Part shown: one piece after another, positions 28,050 to 40,092 of the stretch | Layout of the letters: each line of letters begins with the position of its first letter | How positions within the stretch are numbered: the stretch's first letter is position 1 | The notes under the pieces: model-generated | Told to the model about the DNA's origin: nothing | Seen by the model: only the letters and a program-made list of their open reading frames with translations | Databases searched by the model: none | Translations under genes and position numbers: made by a program | Source: Mustelus asterias | Taxonomy: Eukaryota | DNA length: 64,000 nt | Reading direction: 5' to 3' | Assembly: GCF_964213995.1 (NCBI RefSeq) | Contig: NW_027590347.1 | Location: 124,001 to 188,000, forward strand

Positions 28050-29782
28050 AGACAGAGTGTGTGTGAGCGAGACAGAGAGTGTGTGTGAGCGAGACAGAGA
28101 GTGTGTGTGAGCGAGACAGAGAGTGTGTGTGAGCGAGACAGAGAGTGTGTGTGAGCGAGACAGAGAGTGTGTGTGAGCGAGACAGAGAGTGTGTGTGAGC
28201 GAGACAGAGAGTGTGTGTGAGCGAGACAGAGAGTGTGTGTGAGAGACAGAGAGTGTGTGAGCGAGACAGAGAGTGTGTGTGAGCGAGACAGAGAGTGTGT
28301 GTGAGCGAGACAGAGAGTGTGTGTGAGCGAGACAGAGTGTGTGTGTGAGCGAGACAGAGAGTGTGTGTGAGCGAGACAGAGAGTGTGTGAGAGAGACAGA
28401 GAGTGTGTGTGAGCGAGACAGAGAGTGTGTGTGTGAGCGAGACAGAGAGTGTGTGTGAGCGAGACAGTGAGTGTGTGTGAGCGAGACAGAGAGTGTGTGT
28501 GTGAGAGACAGAGAGTGTGTGTGAGAGACAGAGAGTGTGTGTGAGAGACAGAGAGTGTGTGTGAGAGACAGAGAGTGTGTGTGAGAGACAGAGAGTGTGT
28601 GTGAGAGACAGAGAGTGTGTGTGAGCGAGACAGAGAGTGTGTGTGTGAGAGACAGAGAGTGTGTGTGTGAGAGACAGAGAGTGTGTGTGAGAGACAGAGA
28701 GTGTGTGTGAGAGGGACAGAGAGTGTGTGTGAGAGGGACAGAGAGTGTGTGTGAGCGAGACAGAGAGTGTGTGTGAGCGAGACAGAGAGTGTGTGTGAGA
28801 GACAGAGAGTGTGTGTGAGAGACAGAGAGTGTGTGTGAGAGACAGAGAGTGTGTGTGAGAGACAGAGAGTGTGTGTGAGAGACAGAGAGTGTGTGTGAGC
28901 GAGACAGAGAGTGTGTGTGAGCGAGACAGAGAGTGTGTGTGAGCGAGACAGAGAGTGTGTGTGAGCGAGACAGAGAGTGTGTGTGAGCGAGACAGAGTGT
29001 GTGTGTGAGCGAGACAGAGAGTGTGTGTGAGACAGAGAGTGTGTGTGAGCGAGACAGTGAGTGTGTGTGAGCGAGACAGAGAGTGTGTGTGAGAGACAGA
29101 GAGTGTGTGTGAGCGAGACAGAGAGTGTGTGTGAGCGAGACAGAGAGTGTGTGTGAGCGAGACAGAGAGTGTGTGTGAGCGAGACAGAGAGTGTGTGTGA
29201 GCGAGACAGAGAGTGTGTGTGTGAGCGAGACAGAGAGTGTGTGTGAGAGACAGAGAGTGTGTGTGAGAGACAGAGAGTGTGTGTGAGAGACAGAGAGTGT
29301 GTGTGAGCGAGACAGAGTGTGTGTGTGAGCGAGACAGAGAGTGTGTGTGAGACAGAGAGTGTGTGTGAGCGAGACAGTGAGTGTGTGTGAGCGAGACAGT
29401 GAGTGTGTGTGAGCGAGACAGAGAGTGTGTGTGAGCGAGACAGAGAGTGTGTGTGAGCGAGACAGAGTGTGTGTGAGCGAGACAGAGAGTGTGTGTGTGA
29501 GAGACAGAGAGTGTGTGTGAGAGACAGAGAGTGTGTGTGAGAGGGACAGAGAGTGTGTGTGAGAGACAGAGAGTGTGTGTGAGCGAGACAGAGAGTGTGT
29601 GTGAGAGACAGAGAGTGTGTGTGAGAGACAGAGAGTGTGTGTGAGAGACAGAGAGTGTGTGTGAGAGACAGAGAGTGTGTGTGAGAGACAGAGAGTGTGT
29701 GTGAGAGACAGAGAGTGTGTGTGAGCGGGACAGAGAGTGTGAGCGAGCGAGACAGAGAGTGTGTGTGAGCGAGACAGAGTGT
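28050..29782 (+). repeat. 20/22-bp minisatellite (GAG[CG]AGACAGAGAGTGTGTGT)n
   Basis: Direct tandem repeats. Confidence 0.95.
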
Positions 29783-30147
29783 NNNNNNNNNNNNNNNNNN
29801 NNNNNNNNNNNNNNNNNNNNNNNNNNNNNNNNNNNNNNNNNNNNNNNNNNNNNNNNNNNNNNNNNNNNNNNNNNNNNNNNNNNNNNNNNNNNNNNNNNNN
29901 NNNNNNNNNNNNNNNNNNGAGTGCGTGCGAGTGAGTGAATGTGTGTGTGAGAGTGTGTGAGGGAGTATTCATGTGTGTGTTGATGTGAGTGTGTTAAAGT
30001 GAGTGTTTATGAGAGTGAGTGTGTGTGTGAGCAAGTGTGCAAGAGGGAGTGTGTAAAAGTGAGTATGTGTGTAATGTGTGTGAGACTGAGTAAGTGTACA
30101 ACAGTGAGTGAGTGCTGGCGGGAGAGTGCAGGAGTGTTAAGTTTCAG

Positions 30148-30435
30148 TTTATTTACGAGTGTGACAAGTAGGTTTACATTAACACTGCAATGAAGTTACT
30201 GTGAGAATCCCCGAGTCACCCACACTCCGGCGCCTGTTCGGGTCACACTGAGGGAGAATTTAGCACGGCCAATGCACCCTAACCAGCACGTCTTTCAGAC
30301 TGTGGGAGGAAACCGGAGCACCCAGAGGAAACCCACGCAGACATGGGGAGAACGTGCAGACTCCGCACAGACAGTGACCCAAGCCGGGAATCAAACCCGG
30401 GTCCCTGGCGCTGTGAGGCAGCAGTGCTAACCACC
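30148..30435 (-). mobile_element. HE1-like SINE with the ACAGTAACTTCATTGCAGTGTTAATG tail variant
   Basis: Reverse-complement tRNA head (GGCGCTGTGAGGCAGCAGTGCTAACCAC) and V-SINE-like core GGGAGGAAACCGGAGCACCC. Confidence 0.85.
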
Positions 30436-31449
30436 GGTGATAAGGGGGAGAGTTAACAGAAAGCAGCTGGTGAGAATATACTGGCCGGTTTTAATTTAAT
30501 CCAAATTAATGAATTAGAAACTTTTAACCTAAGGAATTGACATCCGAGGATTTCAGTTTAAAATCCCATTGAACCTCCGTGTCTCATAATTGGATGTTTT
30601 TGCCTGTATTTAGTAATTAGTGACTTCATATCTCACAGCGAGATAAATAAAACTTTTTTCCAATTGATAGGGACAGCTCAATGGACAAAACTGGTGTGAG
30701 AAAGGGGCAAATCCTTTGAAAATGGAGGCAGAGAGGAGGCTTTGTTCAACTCCCATTCTTTCCCTGTCTTCAGCAGGCTGGGCAGGAAGTGTGAGCAGAG
30801 AGGGGGGGGATAGACAGACACACACTGACACAATCCCCCCAATCCACTCACTCACACATCCCCATTCCCCCTCCACTCGCTGGGTTGTGGGGAGCGGCTG
30901 CAAGGATTTTCAGGGCTGGTGTGGGGGGGTCAGGGGGTTTTTGAAATGGACGAACACGACCTACAGGGGAAAAGAAATAAAGTTTGAAACGAAACTAAAG
31001 AAACTAAAGGCAGGAGATTGCAGAATCCATTGCCTCCCTGCATTAACATATCAATAGTCAGTCTGACATTGCCACAAACTCCTCTGGGGTGAGAGGGGGA
31101 GGGGGGGTGAATTAGCATCTCAATAGAGAGACAGACATTGCAGACATGTCAGAGACTCAGGGTGGGGTTTGCATCCAGCACACTCAGGATAAATGTGAAT
31201 CTGAGAGCCTTCAGTCTCCACACCAATAATCCCCCTGCACTGAAAACATTCCCACTCTGATTCAGTGTGTGTGTGTGTGTCTCAATCTGCGTTTTTACCT
31301 GTGCTTTGCTTGTGTTGACATGATGCTGAATGGACTTGAATGGAAATGCTGGACTCCTCGCTGTGATATGTTGTGTGTCTTATTGTTAAAATGGCCTTGT
31401 CTCTTTTTCTCTCTCTTTTTAACCAATTTTTATCTCTTTTTCTCCTGAG

Positions 31450-31574
31450 GAATTTTGAAAACTGGGGATGTGTCGAGGATCCAAAGGACGGGAATGTTTG
31501 TGACCAGGATGAGGGAGAGGAGCTTCGTCCAGAGGGAGGGCTGACTGAGGCCTGTTGCTCAGGCTTCATCCCGA
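31450..31574 (+). CDS. Putative exon A of an unrecognised exon-repeat gene (NFENWGCVEDPKDGNVCDQDEGEELRPEGGLTEACCSGFIP)
   Basis: Long pyrimidine tract + GAG acceptor, GTGAGT donor; homologous to exons B-E (PE.G.TEAC) including the downstream intron; phase 2 to 1. Confidence 0.4.
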
Positions 31575-31965
31575 GTGAGTTGTGTCTGTTTATTAACCTG
31601 ATCCAGATTTAATGTTTCATATCAGAGGGAGCGAGATCTGAATGAGAGTGGAATAGAGAGAGAGAGAGAGAAACACACAGGGAGGGAACTGTCTCAATCT
31701 CTTTAGTCTCTGCTTTACAACTGACTTGTTGTGTTTGGGTGTTACTGAGAGATTGTGTCACTGAGGGGAGATCCTGGGTTTTTTGCTGTGCTATGTAATT
31801 TAAATATTTTCTTGTATTTTAATTATTTTCTCTCTCTTTCCCCAAGAATTAATATTTAGATTTTACTGAGAGATTGTGTAACTGAGAAGGGGGAATCCTG
31901 GCCTCTTGTGCTATTTAATTTAAAGAATTCTTGTATTTTAATTAATTATTTTATCTTCTCCCCAG

Positions 31966-32067
31966 GAATTTGAATTTTGAAGACTGCAATGTGACTCGGA
32001 ATCCTTGGACAAGGGGCTTATCTCCAGAGGAGGATGGATGGACTGAAGCCTGTTCTATAGGCCGCAA
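31966..32067 (+). CDS. Putative 102-nt exon B (NLNFEDCNVTRNPWTRGLSPEEDGWTEACSIGR)
   Basis: CCCAG acceptor, GTGAGT donor, symmetric phase 2-2, only one open frame. Confidence 0.5.
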
Positions 32068-32889
32068 GTGAGTTGTCGTCTCTTTATTCCCCTGATCCAG
32101 GTTTAATTTTAATCTCGCTTCCTCGGATGAATCAGTTCTGGTTCGATTGTGGGGTGTGGGGGGGCAGCTGGAGTTTGAAACCCTGGGGTTAAAATATCCC
32201 GACTTTGCAGTTAGTCAGAAACAGGTTAACCCTTTGCTGGGTGGCAGAGAGTAAATTAAATGTCTGTAATATGAAGCTGTCTCAAAGTTAGTTTTAAATC
32301 CAAGATAACAGGGATGGGAGACAGAGCGCTGTTCCTAATTGTTGAATAAAATTCATAGAGGCCTTTATAATTCAGTTTTCAGATGTTCAGACTTTCATTG
32401 TGTCCTCTCTGCAGCTTTTCCCCCATTCTGTCTATTTCTCTCTGCTTTCTCTCTCTCTTTCTCTCCCTTTCCTTCCTCTATCTGTCTCTCTTTTTTATTC
32501 CCTCTCTCTCCCTCTTTTTCCCAGGAAGTCATATTTTGTTGCACAATCTCTCAGTAAAATCTGAGAAGGGGGAATCTTGGGCTCTTGTGCTATTTAATTT
32601 AAACATTTTCTGGTATTTTAATATATTTCTCTCTCTTTTACCCAAGAATTAATATTTAGATTTTACTGAGAGATTGTGTAACTGAGAAAGGGGAATCCTG
32701 GTCTCTTGTGCTATTTAATTTCAACATTTTCTTGTATTTAAATTAATTATATTCGATCTCTTCCCAAGGAATTCATATTTAGTTAAACAATCTGTCAGTG
32801 AAATCTTAGAAGGGGGAATCCTGGGCTCTTGTGCTATTTAATTTAAACATTTTCTTGTACTTTAATTAATTATTTTCTCTGTTCCCCAG

Positions 32890-32991
32890 GAATTTGAATT
32901 TTGAAGACTGCAACATGACTCGGAATCCTTGGACAAGGGGCTTTTCTCCAGAGGAGGATGGATGGACTAAGGCCTGTTCTATAGGCCGCAT
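32890..32991 (+). CDS. Putative 102-nt exon C (NLNFEDCNMTRNPWTRGFSPEEDGWTKACSIGR)
   Basis: Same splice signals and frame as exon B. Confidence 0.5.
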
Positions 32992-33583
32992 GTGAGTCGT
33001 CGTCTCTTTATTACCCTGATCCAGGTTTAATTTTAATCTCGCTTCCTCGGATGAACCAGTTCTGGTTCGATTGTGGGGTGGGGAGGGGGGGGGGGGGGGG
33101 TGGAGTTTAAAACCCTGGGGTTAAAATATCCCAGCTTTGCAATTAGTTACAAACACATTAACCCTTAGGTGGGTGGCAAAGAGTAAATTAAATATCTGTA
33201 ATATGAAGCTGTCTAAAAGTTTGATATAAATCCAAAATATCAGGGGTGGGAGAGAGTGATATACCCGAATGTTAAATACGTTTCACAGAGGACATTACAA
33301 TTCAATTTTCTGAAGTTCAGCCATTGCATTTATCTTCCCCTCTACAGCTTTCTTCCCCATTCTGTCTATTTCTCTCTGCTTTTCTCTCTGTCTCTCCCTC
33401 CAGTATTTTTTCTCATCTTCAGCTTTCTCTCCCTTCCTGTCTCTTTCCGCTCATCTCTCTCTCTCTCGAGCGTTCTTCCATATCTGTCTATCACTCTCCA
33501 GAATGTCTCTCTCTCTCTCTGGCTCCATCTTTCTTTGTGTCTCTTTAAATCTTTAATCAATAAAAACTCTCCGTTATTGTCAG

Positions 33584-33719
33584 CAGGGAGACAGGAATAT
33601 GGCTTCGCTCGTTTCAATGCAGAGTACATGAGAGACTACAATGGGACTCAGAATCCTTGGACAAGGGGCTTTTCTCCAGAGGAGGATGGATGGACTGAGG
33701 CCTGTTCTATAGGCCGCAT
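33584..33719 (+). CDS. Putative exon D (AGRQEYGFARFNAEYMRDYNGTQNPWTRGFSPEEDGWTEACSIGR)
   Basis: CAGCAG acceptor (phase 1; exact start uncertain), GTGAGT donor (phase 2); 3' half nearly identical to exons B, C and E. Confidence 0.45.
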
Positions 33720-34538
33720 GTGAGTTGTCATCTCTTTATTACCCTGATCCAGGTTTAATTTTAATCTCGCTTCCTCGGATGAACCAGTTCTGGTTCGATT
33801 GTGGGGTGTGGGGGGGCAGCTGGAGTTTGAAACCCTGGGGTTAAAATATCCCGGCTTTGCAGTTAGTCAGAAACAGGTTAACCCTTTGCTGGGTGGCAAA
33901 GAGTAAATTAAATATCTGTAATATGAAGCAGTCTGAAAGTTAGTTTTAAATCCAAGATAACAGGGGATGGGAGACAGAGCGCTGTTCCTAATTGTTGAAT
34001 AAAATTCATAGAGGCCTTTACAATTCAGTTTTCAGATGTTCAGACTTTCATTGTGTCCTCTCTGCAGCTTTTCCGCCATTCTGTCTATTTCTCTCCGCTT
34101 TCTCTCTTTCTCTCCCTTTCCTTCCTCTATCTGTCTCTCTTTTCTATTCCCTCTCTCTCCCTCTTTTTCCCAGGAAGTCATATTTTGTTGGACAATCTCT
34201 CAGTAAAATCTGAGAAGGGGGAATCTTGGGCTCTTGTGCTATTTAATTTAAACATTTTCTGGTATTTTAATATATTTCTCTCTCTTTTACCCAAGAATTA
34301 ATATTTAGCTTTTACTGAGAGATTGTGTAACTGAGAAAGGGGAATCCTGGGCTCTTGTGCTATTTAATTTCAACATTTTCTTGTATTTAAATTAATTATA
34401 TTCTATCTCTTCCCAAGGAATTCATATTTAGTTAAACAATCTCTCAGTGAAATCTTAGAAGGGGGAATCCTGGGCTCTTGTGCTATTTAATTTAAACATT
34501 TTCTTGTACCTTAATTCATTATTTTCTCTTCTCCCCAG

Positions 34539-34640
34539 GAATTTGAATTTTGAAGACTGCAACATGACTCGGAATCCTTGGACAAGGGGCTTTTCTCCAG
34601 AGGAGGATGGATGGACTGAGGCCTGTTCTATCGGCCGCAT
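34539..34640 (+). CDS. Putative 102-nt exon E (NLNFEDCNMTRNPWTRGFSPEEDGWTEACSIGR)
   Basis: Same splice signals and frame as exon B. Confidence 0.5.
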
Positions 34641-35764
34641 GTGAGTTGTCGTCTCTTTATTACCCTGATCCAGGTTTAATTTTAATCTCGCTTCCTCGGA
34701 TGAACCAGTTCTGGTCGATTGTGGGGTGTGGGGGGCTGGAGTTTGAAACCCTGGGGTTAAAATATCCCGGCTTTGTAATTAGTCGCGAACACGTTAACCC
34801 TTTGGTGGGTGGCAAAGACTAAATTATGTATGAAACTGTCTATAAGTTTGCTTTAAATCTAAAATAACAGGGGTCGGAGACAGAGCAATGAACCTAATTG
34901 TTGAATAAAATTCACAGAGGCCTTTACAATTCAGTTAACAGATGTTCAGATTTTCATTTCATCCTCTCCACAGCTTTTCCCCCATTCTGTCTATTTCTCT
35001 CTGCTTTTCTCTCCATTTCCTTCCTCTCTCTGCCTCTCTTTATTCTCTCTCTCTCCCTCTTTTTCCCAGGAATTAATATTTAGTTGGACAAACTCTCAGT
35101 AAAACCTGGAAAGGGGCAATCCTGGGATTTTGTGCTGTGTAATTTTCATTCTGGGTGTCCCGGGGGGTTTGATTTCACTGTCTCAGCCCCTCTCTGCCTC
35201 ACTCTCTCTCTCTCTGTATAAACTTTTCCCAAATTACAAAACTCTCAACACAGCTGACTGCACCTTGTGGGATCTTGCTGGGGATTTTGTTTTAAAAAGG
35301 GGTGTTTTCTCAGAGGCAGTTTAAACCTTTCAGGGGACTGTGGGGAAGTCTCCAGACTTGGGACAACACACACACAGGGTTGGGGGCTGGGGTTGGCGGG
35401 CGGGGAGGTGGGCAGTCAGGTATACTGGTATTCTGGGAGACTGATATTCCCAACAAGGGCCAGAGGTCTCAGTGCTGAAACATATTAAACTGTTCAAACA
35501 GAGGCAGGCAGAAAGCCATGAGGCTTCAGAGCTCCCTGTAGATGCAAAGGTAACTCTGTCAAAAAGTAGCCACATGTGAACTGGAAACACCTTCCCTCAG
35601 CTTGTTACACACTGACCTTTCCACAACCCCAACATGTTAACAAACACTCGCTGCAGTTTCTGCAAACTTTGTATCAAACTGCCTCCCACTCTGCTCAATA
35701 CTGACCCCCTCTCAACCTGGCACTGAACTAGTGTCTGAATTGAGACAGAGACACACAGACAGAG

Positions 35765-36065
35765 GTTTTAAAGTTGAAAGTTTTAAAGTTTGATTATTAG
35801 TGTCACAAGTAAGGCTTACATTAACACTGCAATGAAGTTACTGAGAGAGACAGAGACACACAGAGACAGAGACATAGATAAAGAGACAGAAAGAGACAGA
35901 GAGGATATTTAAAGTTTTAAAGTTTGTTTATTCGTGTCACAAGTAAGGCTTACATTAACGCTGCAGTTACTGAGAGAGACAGAAAGAGAGAGTTTTTAAA
36001 GTTGAAAGATTTAAAGTTTATTTCTTAGTGTCACAAGGCTTACATTAACACTGCAATGAAGTTAG
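35765..36065 (-). repeat. Three tandem copies of a SINE 3' tail separated by GA-rich spacers
   Basis: TAAAGTTT..TTAGTGTCACAAG..GCTTACATTAACACTGCA occurs three times. Confidence 0.75.
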
Positions 36066-37455
36066 TGAGAAAGACAGAGATAGAGGGAGCATCCAGAGTG
36101 GGTTCAGTAACACATTTATTGATCAGATATCTCTCTCTGTGACTCTTTAGCGATGAGATATTCAGCCAGGATGGTTTCACTGACCCTCTTCAGCAGGCAG
36201 ATATTCCCAAATCCAGCCTAGGTCTCAGACACACACACACACCACTCACACATTCCCTCTGCTCTGTCCAAGGGAATATTTTAATCCAGGAATTTCTATT
36301 TTATATTTACAGGGTGAGGGGGGGGGAGAAACTCAACTCAAAAATCCTTCAGTCTCTCCAAGCTGCTTTTAAATTTCAATTCAAACCCTGGGCCACATGG
36401 GAAGCTGCAGAGATTGGGAAACTTACCAAACCCAGTTTGTGTGTGTGAGTGTCTGCAGCTTTTGTGTCTTTGAACTTGCGAGGGTGCCAGGGGGAGAATG
36501 TCACTGTCTTCACCTCTCTCTCTGCCTCTCTGTATAAAAAAATCACCAAATTAAACCACACTCAATAATGCGACCATACACAATTAATTATCAAATATCT
36601 GTCTCTCTCGCTTTATCTCTGTCTCTCCCCGTCTCTCTCTCTCCCTGTCCTCTCTCTCCCTGTCTCTTCTCGAGCAGAAACAGATGGAGACAGAGAGGCA
36701 GGGAGAGAGAGGAAGAGGGAGGGATGGAAACAGCTAGAGTTGTGGGTTAGATGCAGGGGGAGAGACACAGGCTGTTAGAGGGAGGGGGGTTTCAGTGAGG
36801 GACAGGGTCTCCAGTTTAATTCTGAGGGTCCTGAGAGGGGGATTTCACTGTCTCAGCCCCTCTCTGGCTCCCTCACTCTGTATAAACAATTCCCAAATTT
36901 AAAAAACGCTCAACACAGCTGACTGCACTTTGTGGGATCTTGCTGTGCACCACAGGGATTTTAGTTTTAAAAAGGGTTACTTTTAAGAGGAAGTTCTGGC
37001 CTTTCTGGAGATTTGGGATGATGCAGACACACACACAGACACACACAGGGTAGTGAGTGGGGAAGGGGGCTCACAGCAGGCAAGAGAGTGGGGGAGGGGT
37101 GGGGGGAGGACTGTGTCCCATCTGATTCAGGTTCACATTGCTGCTGCTACTGTGGGATCTTGCTGTGCACACACTGGGCCTGTGGCCTTTGCCTGCACAG
37201 CAACAGCGCCCACACTTTTTATTTTCAAACAAAATCTGGCTCAGGGACCGCAAAGTGGGTTCAAGGAAAAAGCTTGAAAAGGGGTCGGGTAAATTCAAGC
37301 ACTTTAATCACTGAGGCATCGTAGGCTCTTGAGCAAGTGCTGGGGAATGGGAGGAGGATAGATTGGGATTTGATGGCCAGCATGGAGCTGGTGGGCCGAA
37401 GGGCCTGTTTCTGTGCTGTGTGACTCCAGATTCTTTTCTCTCTCTCTTTTCCCAG

Positions 37456-37589
37456 GAATTTCTATTTGGATGGGGGGGGGAGGGTATAGAATTTCTCTGT
37501 CTCTCCAGTGTTCTTACCAATCCCAGCACCCCTCCCCTCCCCTCTCTCTCTCCCCAGACATTCCTGTCTATATTTCATCTTTCAATAAA
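37456..37589 (+). CDS. Putative terminal exon (NFYLDGGGRV*) with AATAAA
   Basis: Pyrimidine tract + CCCAG|GAATT acceptor like the repeat exons, phase 2, TAG at 37487-37489, AATAAA at 37584-37589. Confidence 0.35.
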
Positions 37590-38196
37590 ATGTTTAAGAA
37601 AACACCAATGTGAATTGTTGTCAATTTAATTTGGGAAGAGAGAGAGAGAGAGAGGAGTGGATCCCATTTCCCACACACTCTCCTGCAGTCCTCACCCACA
37701 ACATTTATTTAATCTGGCCCTCACCAGGTTGTGTGTGTGGGATCTTGCTGTGCACACAGGTGGGTCTGGCTCCCTATTCCTCGCACTGTGACCGTGAGCA
37801 GAACTTTAAACAGGAAAGATTGAGGGGAAGGAGAAGGGTTGGGGAGGCGGAGGAGGCAGAGAGAGAGATAGAGAAATGGAGGGAGAGCTAAACAGAGAGG
37901 GGGTGGGGGAGGTGTGAGAGGGTCTCAGGAGGGGCAGGGGGAAAGAGACACAGAGTCTGGGGGTGTCCTCCTCCACTGTGGGACTGGCAGTGGGATCTTG
38001 CTGTGCAGAATTACCTTCATTGTCATTTGAATCATTCATTCATTGACTAAGGGAGGGTGGGTGTGTGATTATAAATATTGTTACCACTCTGAGGTGATGT
38101 TTCCCTCTGCGCTATTTTGTAACCCCCTAAAGGGATACACCTCGCCTCGTAATCTTAAATAAGTATGTGAGAGACAGGAGGAAGCGACTGGTTTTA

Positions 38197-38375
38197 GACA
38201 TTCAATCCCTACAGTGCAGAAGGAGGTCATTCGGCCCATCTAGTCTGTACCGACCACAATCCCACCCAGGCCCTATTCCCGTAACCCCACACTTTTAACC
38301 TGCTAATCCCCCTGACACTGGGGTCAATTTAACACGGCCAATCCACCGAACCCGCACAGCTTTGTGCTGTGGGAG
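38197..38375 (-). mobile_element. HE1-like SINE 3' portion
   Basis: CCTACAGTGCAGAAGGAGGTCATTCGGCCCATC...ACAATCCCACCCAGGCCCT. Confidence 0.8.
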
Positions 38376-39634
38376 AAATTGGTAAATTAAAGCAAGATCT
38401 GACACTCTCTCCATCAGGAACAACTAACAGGTCTTTAATTTAGACTGGGTGACAACCTTATTAAAACAATGAACAAACTGAATAAACTCCCCAGTAGAAT
38501 GCTGTTCCAAGGACAAGACTCACTCAGGAATAATGAAATAAATCATTACAGAATAGAGTCACCCTCGAATAACCAGGCGTCTGTTGGAAGTGTGAACTTC
38601 CTTCTGCTGCTTGGGTCTGGAATACTTTCTGAGTTGGTTTCTGCTTCTATTTAGATGGTGATGTGATGAAGCTGTATATATTACTGCAGGATTCAGTATC
38701 AGACTCTCCCTCCTTCAATCTAAAGAGGCAGCAAGGTCGCTCCCTCCCCGTTATTTCCCCCTGTCCCGGGTTTAAATACCCAGAATTTCCTCACAGTATT
38801 CCTGCAATTTGAGTGGCTTGAGGCTGTCACCAACGCCCCAATTTGAATGCAATTGGTTGTGTGCGTTTGAGAGCTTGTTTTAAAATCATTGGTCCAGTTC
38901 AAAGCCTGTTTTGCTCTGCTGGGACTCTGGCTGCTGCTTTGGACACAAATGTTGTAAAGTTGTGTTCTGCAGCCTGCTTTCTGCAGTTTAAAATCCCCAG
39001 CACAGAGACACAGGCTTTCTAAAGACACAACGCTGGATGGTTCGTTTTGGTTTTCTCAGCATTTCTTTTCAATATTTACATTTGTCAAACACCACATTTT
39101 TAACCTGATATACGCAACTTCATAACAATATTAGACAGGGAGAGAGAGATCGGGAGAGACAGAGAGAAAGTCACACAAAGAGAGAGACAGGGAGACAGAG
39201 AGAGAGAGAGAGAGTCACATGGAGTAATGAGGATGGGGCCTGGATGTGAATGTGGTTGGTGTAGACCTGATGGGCCGAATGGCCTCCTTCTGTACTGTAG
39301 GATTCTGTGATTCTGTAATGGGGGCTGCGTGCGGTGTGAGGGGAGGGTGGAAGGGGACAGGGGGTGGGGGAAGCACAGGTTCCCTTTTCCCCCCTCCCTC
39401 CTCCCAGGCCCTGTCCGGGAGGTTTCGGGGCTGGAGGGGATTGTTCTGGTGAACTGGCCGGGGCCTGGGGAACCTGTTCTTTGTCCAGGATGTATAATGC
39501 AGCCTCTGTGACCAGGCCTCAATCCCAGGCCTAACCTCAGGAAGGCTTTTGCATTTTGCTCCTTTTCCAAACAGTGCCTGTGTTTAAATCGATGGGACTC
39601 GACGGTCGAATAAAACCTGCAGCAGCCACTTTAA

Positions 39635-40092
39635 TACAAAGAACAGCACAGCACAGGAACAGGTCCTTTGGCCCTCCAAGCCTGCACCGATCATGTTTAC
39701 CTATCGAGACCAATGGCCTGTATCCCTCTATACCCCGTTTGTTCATGTGTCTATCCAGATAAGTCTTAAATGTCACTAATGTATCTGCCCCAACCACCTC
39801 ACTTGGCAGCGCATTCCAGGCCCCCACCACCCTCTGTGTAAAAACCTTCCCCGCACATCTCCACTCAACCTTTCCCCCCTTATCTTGAACTTGTTCCCCC
39901 TTGTAATTATCATTTCTGTCCTGGGAAAAAGCTCCCAACTGTTCATCCTCGCCACACCCCTCATAATTTTATAAACTTCCAGCTGGTCGTCCCTCAGCCT
40001 CCGTCTTTCCAGGGAGAACAATCCCAGTTTATTCAATCAATCCTCACAGCCAATACCCTCCATACCAGGCAACATCCTGGTCAACCCTTTCA
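39635..40092 (-). mobile_element. CR1 LINE 3' fragment
   Basis: ORFs LGLFSLERRRLR and FTQRVVGAWNALPSEVV...FKTYLDRHM. Confidence 0.85.

Larger units (their letters stand above)
1..29980. repeat. Higher-order macrosatellite domain: 69-bp satellite blocks alternating with (GA)n/(GT)n compound microsatellite, about 8 units
   Basis: Junction marker GACCTGATCTTCCTC recurs at about 3224, 5181, 11216, 14528, 16794, 18986, 20702 and 26810. A second marker, AAATAATCCAATGACAGATACAGCATGGTGC, precedes most microsatellite blocks. Many N runs. Confidence 0.9.

Noticed and set aside
24510-29972. Very long ORFs (400-850 aa; SLSHTL/RERECV repeats) here and across 1-30 kb
   Set aside because: Translations of GA/GT minisatellites and N gaps, open in several frames on both strands, with no gene structure.
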